NCBI GenBank assembly: GCA_030141605.1
Contig: JAQGDQ010000148.1
Span: 310,001-374,000 of the forward strand
DNA length: 64,000 nt
Reading direction: 5' to 3'
Source: Tubiluchus corallicola
Taxonomy: Eukaryota > Animalia > Priapulida
A program made the position numbers and the translations under genes. Position 1 is the stretch's first letter. The number at the start of each line of letters is the position of its first letter. Shown piece by piece: positions 24,489-36,881 of this stretch. The notes beneath the pieces were generated by a model. It ran no database searches, was not told where the DNA came from, and saw only the letters and a list, made by a program, of their open reading frames with translations.

Positions 24489-25043
24489 CTAATTCCACAG
24501 TTTTTCTTTTATTGCATTGATTTCTCTCACTAAAAAATTAATCTGCTCAACTAAACTTTCATTTTGTGTCTTTTGTTCATTTTTATTTGTTTCTAGAGTT
24601 GTCTGCTGTCCTTCTCGTTCTTGTGTTCGTAGGTACCTCTTTTCATCATCGTTAAAAAAATGTCTGTATCTGCACCTACTACCATATTTGCATTCACCAT
24701 CATACTTATAATTCCAACACAAATGTGTCTTTTCCTTATCCTCCCCAGGTTTCAAATAATGTCTAAACCTACACTTGCTTTCAAATTTGCAATATTTATT
24801 CCTTCCAAGATAGGAACACAACTTTTGTTCATATTCTCCTTGTTTGGCTCTATGTGCACTTTCACTGAGCTCTTGACACTCCTTTTTTGTTTTGTAGTGT
24901 CTAAACTTGCATCTGTTTTCAAATTTACACCACACTTTTTTTGCAACATATCTGCATAGTGGCGTATAGTGGTCATAGTGACCATAGTGGTCTGAGGACT
25001 GGTGCTTGGCGACAGAAGATTGTGTCCTTCGACGAATAAACAC
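24489..25043 (-). CDS. LINE ORF1 with three C-x8-C-x5-C-x3-H zinc fingers and a C-terminal coiled coil (true start uncertain; the track start is GTG)
   Basis: CRYVAKKVWCKFENRCKFRH, CSYLGRNKYCKFESKCRFRH, CWNYKYDGECKYGSRCRYRH; lies directly upstream of and overlaps ORF2. Confidence 0.82.
   Translation of the reverse strand: MFIRRRTQSSVAKHQSSDHYGHYDHYTPLCRYVAKKVWCKFENRCKFRHYKTKKECQELSESAHRAKQGEYEQKLCSYLGRNKYCKFESKCRFRHYLKPGEDKEKTHLCWNYKYDGECKYGSRCRYRHFFNDDEKRYLRTQEREGQQTTLETNKNEQKTQNESLVEQINFLVREINAIKEKLWN
24531..24537 (-). promoter_or_regulatory. Candidate -1 programmed ribosomal frameshift heptamer U_UUU_UUA
   Basis: ORF1 codons AAT TTT TTA GTG; the -1 frame has TAA immediately before the heptamer and is open after it into ORF2. 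Confidence 0.6.
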
Positions 25044-26310
25044 ATAGTGTGATATGTTGATAACAAAGGTTGCATCAAAATGTTGAGTGCTGACAAGCCA
25101 TTAGCATCTAGCAGTGTCTAGTTTTATCTATTTTGCTGTATTACTGCTGCATTTATTTGATTCGAGGCCATTTTTTTATTTATTTCTACATTAGATGTAA
25201 TAATAAAAATTAATATGTATGTCGTGATGATTATAACAAAGATTTCGAGAACAAGCAATGCATGAGACAACGTTTCTTTAAAGTTAATAAAAATTATATA
25301 GTTACCGAATTTAAAAGCTTTGTTAGCTTTTCGTTCGATCCGCTGACTTAGGCTTTATAGATGTATGTGTTTTGTTATAAATGGCTTTCTTTTGTTACAA
25401 ATGCCAGCTAGAAATATAGCTAAATTGAATTTGAAGTAAGTGGCTCAGAAATGATTTATATCTTTAAATTTGACTAGCACCAACTGCTAAACAAACATTT
25501 TATTTGATTAGTAATTAATATCTTTTATGAGCCTCTACCGGATAATAATATTCTAAATACATAATGTATATTAAGTATATTGTTTTGTAAGAAAAATGAT
25601 GAAATGCAAGAGTGATTCTATTTATCTTTCTTTATTTTAGACTCGTGGAATGCATCTTTTAAGCAAAATTGTTGGCTGGTTTCTCTGTGAGTCTTACAGA
25701 CCCTAAATACTGTTCAAGTGCAATATGCATGTTTTTTCACATTTCAATTTTAATGTCATCACTACGAGCCACTGAAAATGCTGAGCTAAACTTAAATGTT
25801 ACAAAGGCTTTTATTTTTACCCAGGTACTGTGTAGACCTACAGTTGGCACTAAATTGTCATCGATTTCAGCTGTTGGTATCCAGTCACTTATGTTTTTTC
25901 TGGCAATTTTGCAAAATGTTTTAGCGAGTACTGGCTATGCTAATAAACTTTTGGTTTTCAGTTTTTGACTCATTGCAGCAAAAAGAAAAAAAATGCAAGT
26001 TTGTCAAATTTCAGTCACAATGAACGAATACTGCAGTTGTCACTTTTCTAAAATTGTGTGTTGCATTATTACTTTTAAACAAATAGCTCATAATACAACG
26101 AGTATTGTGCTTGTTTGCATTCTTTCGGGTGGGTAAAATTAGAAAAAATTTCTTGTGTCACATCTAATGCTAAGCAAATGGATAATGATTCGAAAAATAC
26201 AAAAAATATGTAGGAAAATGTGATGTGTATTCCATTAAATTCATCTCTGGTGACCCATTTTTTTACATCTGAATTTACTTGGAAGTGACTAAGTAAGTAG
26301 TGTCAATAAT

Positions 26311-26495
26311 TGGTAGGGTCGCTAGATAGCTCAATAACAACTCGATTTCCATCCGAGGCATGCGAAAGACGTAAAAATGATTCTGCTGGTTCTTCAATCA
26401 AGCTTGCAGGTTTATCGAAATAGCATGCGGATAATTATAAACGGGACCACCTTGGAAATATTTCTTGAGTTGTTATCCATTGACTGTGTCCTAAT
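26311..26495 (+). mobile_element. Possible degraded SINE
   Basis: CpG-richer island with box-A/B-like remnants and an aaagacgtaaaaatg core reminiscent of invertebrate SINEs; AT-rich tail. Recognition only. Confidence 0.25.
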
Positions 26496-27981
26496 ATAAA
26501 TTATTATTACTATAGTTTGCCAACAGCTCGAGTGTATTTTAATGACTTGATGTTAATGGCAAAAAGATTTTTTTTGGAAATTTCTGGAACATTTTATTTA
26601 TTTAAGCAGTTTTTGTTGTTATAAGCCGTCACTAATCATGATATGGGATCTCCAAGTTAGCTAAGCTGTTAAGTGACAATCTAACAAAAACATGTTGTTT
26701 CATCTTTCGTGGAGTTGTCCGAAACTGCTGTAATTTGGGATGTTTTTTATTGTTATTCATTCTTATCATATCATAGGGATGGATAACAATTATTGTAATG
26801 ATGACATACATCACATAACATGTATGATTGATTGCATAATAAGTGTTATGAGTTAAATTGTTTAAGGAAGCATATTTCCTAACCATCTCGAAGCCATATT
26901 TGAACAGCAAAATAATTGAAGGTTGAAGGCTTTGGGTATACTTTATCATTTCCATGGTATAATCTGTGATGTCAGACTATTGATCAAGGTTATGTCAGAT
27001 GAGGACATACAAGAGATGCTTTCACTAGCCTTCAGTAAACGAGATTTGGTTTATTGAAGGCTAATGAACATATCCAGATAATCATGACTTACTGTTCAAG
27101 TTTGGATGGACTTCTGGGTAGCAGGTTTTTATTGAATGGGGCTGATTTAGTTTGAATTTCCTGCAGTCGATATGTTCACTTTTTATTAATCATTATTCAC
27201 AGTTGTTGTGTCAATTTCAGTGTGTTTGCTCGAGTGGTTTATTATGCAACATGTGTTCAACTTTTGTTTTATTGTTATTCATGCAATGTTGTACACCTAT
27301 CCATGTCTGACTGGATTTATGGGTTTCAGGAAAAGCAGCTGAAACTCAAGTTCTGGTCAGGATCCTCCTGACGACTTCTGATGTGATATCTCTATATGTG
27401 GTATGAATGATGTGCGTTGCCTTGACAAGTTTGTAGTTTTTTAGATAGACACTTGCTATATCATCATCAGAATAATTGCTTTCTACACCTGTGATGCAAT
27501 TAAAGTCATCATAGTAATATGAAGTCATCATATTTGCATTGCATATTTACATTTTTCAATACCCATTTTTATTCAGAAATGTACTAATTACCTGTAATAT
27601 CTATTTTTCAGATGGTTTTTGCTCTCTTGTGTTCATCAAGCAGTCGGGTGTTTAGCCTGCCTGTCCTCTGCAGTTTCAATGCTTATTTCGGTCATTTTGT
27701 CTGTGATTACGCTGGTGCTGTTTTGCGTAGTTGATGCTGCAGCACCATCACTGATGTTCCAGCACCTGGTATACATCCTGCAGGTGTCCTTTGTAATGGC
27801 ATGCTTGATTATGGCGCATCATATTTTGGCTTCCTTGTACACTAACCAAGAAGTATTATCTTATGCTGTATAACGAACAAAGCCAATTTAAACCATGCTG
27901 TGTTATTCAGTAAATAGCAAATTCTGGTGACATGTCTTTCATGTATTAGAAACCAAGGCATTAGAATCTGTTGTTATAATA

Positions 27982-30900
27982 ATGGAGTTGTCATTTGAAG
28001 ACATCCTGGACAACGACACTGCTAGTGTTTTGGATAAAACACTGAGTGTTCAGTCTGATTCGCCTAGACAAAACATAATGTACGACGATCATGTAAAATG
28101 CCTTACTAGTTCTAGTCGCACTATTAGTCCTGACACACTTTCCAATTCTTCTGAAATAGGAAAACTCAAGAAGAAAATATCAGCAGGCAGTAGCAATTCA
28201 TTTGAGTCAGCCCTTGATAACCTTGAGCATCTGGCCGAGTTATTAATTGAGGAAACTCAACATGTGGATCATAGCGGCGTGAATAGAAATATCTGTTTTA
28301 ATGAACAGAATGTGTCAGATGCATTTGATAGTGGTGCTAGTTTTACCCATTTCGCAAATCAACAGACTTCTGAAAGTGGGCTCTTACAAAACAACATGTC
28401 GCCCTCTTCCACGTCTAAGTCTTTGTCATTTCCAATTGAATGTATCTTCTGTGAGCAGAACTTTGTGAGTGCTGTAATGTTTTCTACATGGGACAATATC
28501 ATGGGGCCAACGATACTTAATATCTGGAATAACAAATCAAATGAGCAAGAGATAGAGGACGAAGATATAAAGTATATAGCAGATCGTGTCCTGTCGGGTG
28601 AAATGTGTCGCGATGATGGAGTACAAATAGAGACCAAGTTCTTCGTAATTAAGGAAAGAAACTGTGCTGTAGAAGCATTCATTTTCAGCAGCTTAGCTCA
28701 CAAGGAAAATTTATATGCTGTTTCAATCATTGTTCCATTCTATGAGCGGATAATGTATCGTTCCATGCAGCATTTTGTACTAGGCTGGATGAGGCGAATG
28801 ATTGGCAAGCTTCGCATTCTTATTGAACTGGTAAGAGTTTCTTAAGTCTATAGTCACCGTTGTAATGTTTTTGCAAGTTTTTGACTTGTTTTTTAAGCAA
28901 CTTTTGTTGTTAGATTCTTGCCAGGTTAACTAACTTTGTCTTTCTCTTGAATTAATCATTCTACTGTTTTACAGCTTAGTAAATTATTTATAGATTTTGT
29001 AGTTTCATTCTCTGCATTAATTAATCTCTAAATTCACAACATGCAGCAAATAAGCAGTATATAATATTTTATCTTGCTATAGCTTAAACAAAGCTTGTTA
29101 GTTTTTTCCCCTAGCTTCAAGCACCACATGGTTACCAAATGAAATGTTAGTGAAGGACAGATTTGGCTCTTTGTCTGATATATTTCTATACATGCTTGTC
29201 ATAATTAAAACGTTCAAAAGCTGTTGTACTGTGAAAAGTTGATGGCTATTTTCAGTCTGAGTTATGAAAACGAGACATTACAGTCTGAGCATGAAGTCAG
29301 CTCAAGTGATTTTATTTTACTATCGTACAAGTTTGTAAGATGCATGTCCCTAGTTTAAGCCTTTATTTGGATACATATAAATAGAAACTTAATTTTTACA
29401 ATTCAGAAATTTCAAAAATTATTAGATTTTCATTGCACAATGAAAATAAATGGTTTCTAGGCGAAAGCATATGACATTGATAAGCTATTAGTTAACAACA
29501 TTAAAAAGCAAATTACATTCATTTCATTGAAGCAATGACCAAATCAAGTATTAATGTATTAATTTGGTAATAGGAATTAGATCAATTTGTAACAGTGGTT
29601 TCATTTTAAGTGAAAATCATTTTTTTGCTGATTTTACAGGAAGAAATGGAAGTTGTTATTAAAGATTTATCAATATTAGTCAGCGATTTTATGGAGAGAA
29701 TTTCATCCACAGTATCGGTTGCGCTAAAAGACAATATTGAGGCAAGCTACTTAACAGATAACATTACTTGGTATTTTACACAAAATTCAAATGGTCAAAC
29801 ACAAATGGTCTTTTGGTTTTACCATGAGTGTAGACCAGTTTTTTCTTATTTCTCAATAGTTCCTGGTTTGCCTGTGTTTCCTAAAAATTGCATGATAACG
29901 ATAATAATAGTTTAAAGTGGAATTCTACAATCATTTAACACTTGTAAGCTTGTACAGGCTTATGTCCAAGGATGATATCATTCAAATAAGGTAAAAGAAA
30001 AAGCAATCCTCATATGACATTCACTGTGTTTTAAAATACACTTAAAAATGTTGAAATTACCACACGGATGATAGTGCACATAAAATGCATTGCTTAAAAT
30101 GCAAAATAAATTTAAATCATGTTTATCTCCTGCCAAATGAATGCATATTTGAAAAAGTAACAAGAGTTGGTGGACAGCACGAAGGTAAGCATAACAAAAC
30201 TTCTGCAAATCATTCAGAAGTTCCACTATTCTAGCTGATTAAATCACTTTGTTTATGTAAAAATTAGTCAGACATTTTACAGACACAACATTAAAAGCAT
30301 TGAACTCTGTCTATAAATTAATAATATTTAGGTTAAGTTATACAGTAGTATTTCAATAAATAATACATATACATTCATCATGTTTTAGGTTGATGAAACA
30401 CTATTAGAAGCAGGCAAAAACATTGAAGTTGAATTCGTACAGAAAATGATAGCGTCTCATCTGCAAACTTTCAGATGTAGTGTCGTGGTTGGAGAATCTG
30501 CAGAGGACGTTAATACTGTGAGTTTTGCTTGTATCCAAGCAGTACTAAAGGATTTGTTGGCATATTTGTATGAGCAAAACCTATGCATTTAGAAATGTCC
30601 TTGAGTAAAAAAAATCAAATAAGGTTCTTGGACACTGCTTCATCATTTTGTGTGATTATGTGTAACTTTTTATTGTAATTTATATACAGATGGTTCGTTT
30701 ATTTAATAAGATTTGTCGTGTTAGTAAATGATGCATGTACAGCATAATATATTACGTGTCATGTTCTCAAATTATGATTTATTCCTATTGATGTACTGGG
30801 TAACTTACCTTGTAAGATGAATCGTAGAACTATGTAGATATATTAAATTGTCAATTTATGCTATTCCATATTTCCTAGTTTTTTGTGTGAAAATGTCTTT

Positions 30901-33900
30901 CAGGAGGGACCTATGTAAAAGTTGAGTTTGCAGAGGTTCATCTTTCGATATTTACTGAAATCATTCAGCAGTCGGGGAGGACTTTAATTCAGGGTCGTCA
31001 AAATACACTCTGATGTCCACCTACTCCTTTTTTAACCTGTATTCACATTCAAACTGATGTGATGCTTCTGCCATTTCAAAGGTAGTTAGCATTGACATTG
31101 GTGTGTAGCTTGTTGTCTGTAGATCTATCATTTTAATTTGAATGATTGTTTTAAATCTACAGGTGATCAATACACTAGGATTATTCCTGGAACCAGAAGA
31201 GAGAAAGTGCAGTCGCTATGTGTTGCAAGATATGCCTCAGCCGTATCAAGCAAACCTGTTCTTACAAGGTTTAATTGTGGTAAGTAACCACAATCACACA
31301 TGGAGGCCCAAATTCATCACGACATTTTATCATATTTAGGTTTTTTTATAAGTAGTCACTATTTATATAACCAGCAGAATTTTGTTATTTTACTATTGTA
31401 CACACTGTTTGTCACATCCTTTGTTAAATTAATCAATATTCTTAGTATTACAGTGTTTGTCATTCTCGTTGAATTAAAGTGGAGCTTGTAAATCTAAAAA
31501 CGGTGTCATCATTTTCTCTGTTAAGGAAAGGCATGGACAGGCTAACATATCAGCTAAAGAGGTTCTGTGCAATCATTATCCTACAACTATCATAGATTTG
31601 ACAACGTGTGATATCAAACAGTCTCCACCGTATCAGGAACATGTATTCCGTATGACGGAAATACTTAGCAATGAGTTGCAGTACATGTGGGTGGGGAGGA
31701 GCGAAAACGAATTATATCCAACGAGGTATCAACAATACATGGTTTCAGGGTTTTTAGTATGCTGGGATAGCTACTATGAATGTTTCATATATGTTTCATC
31801 ATACTGCCTGTTTAGTTTGGCCTTATTTGTGGCTGAGCATTATTCATAGAAAAGGACACTAAATAAAGTTATTTTTTGTAAAATGGAAAGCTGGTGCATT
31901 GTTCTGAGAAGTCGCATACAATCTCAGAATGAATATCTCACACTTAAAAAATAACATAAAATTTCTAACTAGAACCTTAATGTTAAAGACACCCTAACAA
32001 AATGAGCCAGACCTGTGTCCGGTGTTTGCAAATCAAATATATTCATAGATGACATTAGTTCTTACATGATGAAAGTGCATCAATGAAGTCTAGAGGCTTT
32101 ATGACACTAGAAGTTTGGCAAAATGATTCATGATCTGTAGTTAGATTTTTCTGCAAAGTTTAGTCCATTTAAATGCCTAGAATTAATAAAAAATTCTACT
32201 ATTTTGTTTACATCAGACCGTTTTAAATTCCTTGCAGTTTTTCCTCCATTATTGATTTGCTGTAATGAAAATTATTTAGATCTGTTTTTATGCAAGGTCA
32301 ACGTTTTATGTATGTTTTGTATGTTTTCAGTGGAGTATTCATGTCTGTGGATCATTCAGATACTTTGGTGAGAAACTTCTTATATGAGGTAGGTATAGTG
32401 GTGACTAACTAATGTTAGACCTTAAAGGCTACATGCCGGGTTTAAAAAAGTTTTATAGATTTTTATATACACTGTATTTATGTAGCAAATTATTATTAAA
32501 AAAACTTTATTTCTCTTGAATCTTCATCAAGATTTATTTAAATATTTTTTCTCGGTTTCTAAACATTTCACAGTATTCTGCACACCGAAGAATTTTCCAC
32601 AATTTCCATCTATAACTAGGAGAAAGTACTGCTGTCATGCTCCGTAAAACCGCAAATTTTAAATGCCGCGAGTGTAAAACTGTATTGTACTTTCGTACCA
32701 CATTGAAATTTCTATATTATCTATTTTTTGACAAAAAAGGAAATCAGCAGTGTCCACTTATACGACATGATTTATTTTAACAACTGACACTTCGAAATCA
32801 AAACATGATGTCATAATCTTAGAATATGAGAAAACACCTGCAAAAATGAAAGATACAGTCACAATACGGAATAGTAACGAAATTTAAAAATGGATGAATT
32901 TTACCACCATTACAGTGGCGGTTCATAGTTAAAGTTAGTGGGGGTGCTGCTTGAGAAAATTTTTAGCCATTGTTTTAATACTGTATAAAACATAACAAAC
33001 GTGTAATTTTAATATTGTAGTTATATTTGAAGATCGGATGTTGAACGCACAACTTTCTTAACTACAACTTTCTAATAGAGAGACAACTGTTAAAAATTAA
33101 GCTGTTGTAGTTCATTTACAGTCACAGAACTTGTTTCTTGCATCCCTATGGTCACAGATATTATTTCTTGGGAATGCAAGGTATCCATTATTAAATAATT
33201 TATGTTTTAAGCACATATGCTAAGTTTACCCTTTATCACATCCAAGAATATGACGGTGTACGGTAAGCAGTTGTTACTGTGATAGAGACAGTACTTTTCT
33301 ACCTAGTAGCAGTCGCTAGCATACAGCACGTTATCTCAGACATGGGCGCATAGCCGCATGCCCACAACTGTTAAACGCCACGCTGCTTGGGCTGTGAAGC
33401 AAATTGTACTTCCCTCACATTCTCGGGTTCCGCACAAATATAAAACAAAACTAAAGAGACTTATTAAATTGAATATTATCGATAATAATGAGTGAAAACA
33501 GGGGGTGATGCAGTACCACAGTACCTATACACGAGCCACCACTGGGCAATTATGAAATTGCAAGTGAAATAAATAAATGCTCACCATAGTAGTGCTAGTG
33601 CGTAAGAGTTGTCAAGGAAAACCTAGGAACTGTAAATTCAGCAGAAATTTTTTACTAATTGTAATGGCTGTTGTCGGTGATTTGCAACTATTTGCTGATT
33701 TTTGCATTTTTTATAGGATTAAATAACAATTTAACTTGTACCTTGAATATCATAGCACGTCTTCTAAAAGCTGTTTTATCCTTCATCTTCCTAGCATCAA
33801 ACAGTCTTATTACATGTATTAAAATAGTTGTTTATAATAGAATGTGAGTAATGTTATGCTGAGTTACTGATTTTGTACAGGCAGGTTATCTAAGCTAAAC

Positions 33901-36881
33901 AAGTTGTCAAAAGTGCAATTTGTCTAAAATTTTTATAAATTGCATTGTTCTCAGGTTTTCCAATTACGAGATGACAGTCAACTCAGAGCTGCGCATATTG
34001 CTAACTTTAAAACCCTGCTACAGAGAAAAGCACTCGCATTAATTAAATATGTGGAAACACACACGTATGTATACTGTATATGTATATGTGTTTAAGTTCA
34101 GGGATGTAGCTATGACAGGGAATTCAATATTATATCTTTCACACAATACATTTTTCGTGTATGTAGCTTTCTAACTTATAGGATGAAATGCTTTTAAAGG
34201 GAATCTAAGCACTTTGTAAAGTAAGGTTTAAAATTAAATGAATAATCCTTGCAGTGAAAGTGAAAAAAAGTGAATACCTTTTCATTGAATTTAAGGCTTC
34301 ATTAAGTTTTAAACAGCTACTGAATTTCCATAGTTCTCACCATAGAACAGATAGTGATTTGGTATCAAATTTTGAAGTGCATTGTGATACCATTTGCTCG
34401 AGTTGCTAGGAATACGACGTGGAACGTGGATTTGCTTTACAAAGTTTATGAGAGTTATCAACGACCGAAATTTCTATAATTATACCTATGCTGTACATTT
34501 TGCAGACCAGCAGGGCAAGGGTTAGTCTTGTGAGCAATCTGTCTCAACCCATTTGCAGATATGGGTCGAACAAGGCTTTGACACTGTCATGCTTGATAAT
34601 GTTGGTAGTGCTATTTGGTAGCATAAACCACTCATGCAACTGAACATAACTAAGAAACAAAATTTCTGTCAAATGGAACGAAATTTCATTTTTGTAAAAT
34701 TTAAACTTGCTGGTTTGAACAAATGAGTTATGGCTACTGTAATTTTATATTTCAACAAATTTCAAAGCATATAATACTGCATAGCATATAATACTGCATA
34801 GCATATAATAGCTATTCAAAGTAGAAGCGAGTCTGATTTTAATTGCTGTGTAATGCTACCCCTCATAATTACAATTTGAAGCCACTAAATCAACCTTGTA
34901 ACTGGCAGTAAATTTTGTTATAGGCTTACATTGTGCACAGCAGCCTAGTAATGATCATTAGTGGCCAAATACTGTTGCTGAACATTGGGTACTGTATGTG
35001 CTGCTTACGAACGTCAATGAATTTTCAGACCTCCTAATTATCTCTAATTAGGGTAGGGCACTTTAAGGCATTGATTAAACACAAATTTTGTATGGCAAAA
35101 AACTCCACATTCTCACACATTCCAATTCTCCCGATTTGGTGGTGATATTACTAATCTTACTTTCGATTTTCTACCAGTTGTTACCTCAACATAAACATTG
35201 AACAAAATGGGATCGCTATGAACTAGAATATCACTTACGTTTGCCCAAAATAGAATCACCCAGCTAGGATATTAGACAATGCGAAAAAAATCTTCTGGGG
35301 ACACAGCCACTAAACTTGCGAACTTTCAACCAATATGAGACTCAAAAAAGTTAATTTGATAGACTCAATAAAATCATAGTACAACCAAATTTTAAATATG
35401 TTATGTGCAATACTTTTGACTTGTTTAGAGCAAACCTTCTTCCCTGGGAATTTATTTGCACATTCGAAAAAAATGCAAGGTTTGATTATAGTTTCTAAAT
35501 GTGTGGAGAGCACTCTTTCAAAGAGCTAGAAAGCAATGTCTGAAAGGCATTTCTACTGTCACATTTGGTATTGAAATGGGCATCTAAAATGCTGGAATGC
35601 AAAAAAGCATCGAAGGCACGGGCGGCAGATCCTACTGGGGGGGGGGGGGTAGCTTAGCGCTCTCGCGATCCCATACTGAATCCCCTTATTTTGTACATCT
35701 GCCTTCTGCAGGCTGGAATGTCTGCTTAGAGGCCCTACCTATCGAAAATGAGACAATTACATAGCAGTTGCATCTAAATTGCATTGTCGCCACTAAACTA
35801 AAAATAGTAGGTAAAAATTAACACAAGACCAAAAATGAATTAAGAGGGGACATCTATTATAGTATACCTGTGAATGCAGTAAGGGCTGTTTATTTCGTAA
35901 TGAAGTTCCTAAACTCGCTTTGGTGCCAAACTGTGGTGAAGTCAGACCAGCTGAAAACCAAGATGGCGCAAAGTAGTCTACTTTTGAAACAAAAATAAAT
36001 GAGTTTAACTTCTTCTCCTGGTAAAATAATGCTTTAGATCTTGTTAACGGGTAAGCGGCTTTAAACTTAAGCTGCATGCGAATTAATTTAAACCTTATTT
36101 TACAGAATGCTTCCATTCCTCTTTAAAAAATCAGGGCTCGTACTTGTCCTATAATTCCTATATTTTTTGAAAACATCCTATAATTCCTATATTTTGAGGT
36201 TATGTCCTATAATTCCTATAATACTTGATAAAACTATAAAAATGTCTTATAATTCCTATAAAATCATGAATTCTCAATGAAATGAGAATGTTATTGGTAT
36301 TTTTCGCACGCCTTTGGCACGCATAACCACAATTAGATATTATAAGTTCATATGTTTATGTTTTATGACCATTTTTCCATTTCTTTAAAGTTTATCTGTT
36401 TCTCGATTCACAGGTCTCGTTGCGTGGTACATTCTAGGCTTGCTGGTCTTTTAGCATTGTTTGCCTTGTCTAAATACAGTTAAAATAATCTAACATTGAA
36501 TTTTAATTACACATCAATTTTTGATAATATTACAGATTGAGCCCTATCTTCAGTTCAGAGCTTTTTTGAAATTCGGTATAACGTACCGAAGCAATACTTA
36601 CTTGATGCAATCTTAGGATAAAGAAGAATAGATCTTGACATCATTATAACATATGCTCATTGGTTAGGTGTTAAAAAGAATGTAGAAAACTCAGTATTTT
36701 CAGGAATTTTGGAAGAGACCCACTGAGGATCAGTTTGCGCAAGCTGAAACATGACCTTGACCTTGTAGAAGAGGGCGACTTTCGTATCATTATGGCAACA
36801 GCGGAAAAACTCAAGCCTGGTTTTTATCTGTTTCTGCTTGGAAACAAGGACCTGTTTGCAAAGCCTGTTTATGATCTGTGA
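27982..36881 (+). CDS. C9orf72: C9orf72 homologue (DENN-like), 8 coding exons, ~580 aa
   Basis: Phase-consistent exons 27982-28830, 29640-29741, 30389-30517, 31163-31279, 31526-31725, 32331-32388, 33955-34064, 36704-36881 (1743 nt). Motifs WDNIMGP, LSGEMCR, TKFFV, ASHLQTFRCSVVVG, TLGLFLEPEERKCSR, LFLQGL, YPTTIID, DTLVRNFL, RKALALIKYVE, IIMATAEKLKPG. Confidence 0.93.
32913..33544. mobile_element. hAT-like MITE in a C9orf72 intron
   Basis: Imperfect TIRs cagtggcggttc / gagccaccactg; subterminal gggggtg(c/a)tgc at both ends; TSD degenerate. Confidence 0.55.
36132..36262 (+). repeat. Clustered tcctata(a) repeats following cagggctcg, probably the end of a DNA transposon
   Basis: Several copies of tcctataattcctata in ~130 bp. 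Confidence 0.5.

Larger units (their letters stand above)
20373..24537 (-). pseudogene. LINE ORF2 (endonuclease-reverse transcriptase), disrupted
   Basis: Track pieces 23530-24498, 22778-23458, 22061-22744 and 21278-22038; removing MITE copy 2 plus one TSD restores ...CPVCEEDDDTIEHMLRCYRYGEWKK...KLGKDK* with the stop at 20375-20373. Confidence 0.9.
19530..25110 (-). mobile_element. Near full-length, inactivated non-LTR retrotransposon (CCCH-finger ORF1 + APE endonuclease-RT-CCHC ORF2); ends approximate
   Basis: APE motifs VYTNCRGL, GIVETHL, GGGILL, LIGDFNAKVG, SVIDHI, TDHNTI; RT motifs KAPD, QCGGRKNR, DIEKCFDKLW, VRQGTVLGP, LLFIDDI; C-terminal CPVC-x8-H-x3-C. Lesions: frameshifts near 23590 and 22075, in-frame TGA at 22780-22778, two MITE insertions. 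No TSD identified. Confidence 0.93.

Noticed and set aside
21479-24959. Many hydrophobic + strand ORFs over the LINE
   Set aside because: Antisense reading of an A-rich coding strand gives F/L/I/S-rich pseudo-ORFs.
27075-27125. AUGA...AA stem resembling a SECIS element
   Set aside because: No 3' GA quartet partner, not in a 3' UTR, and no in-frame UGA selenoprotein gene nearby.
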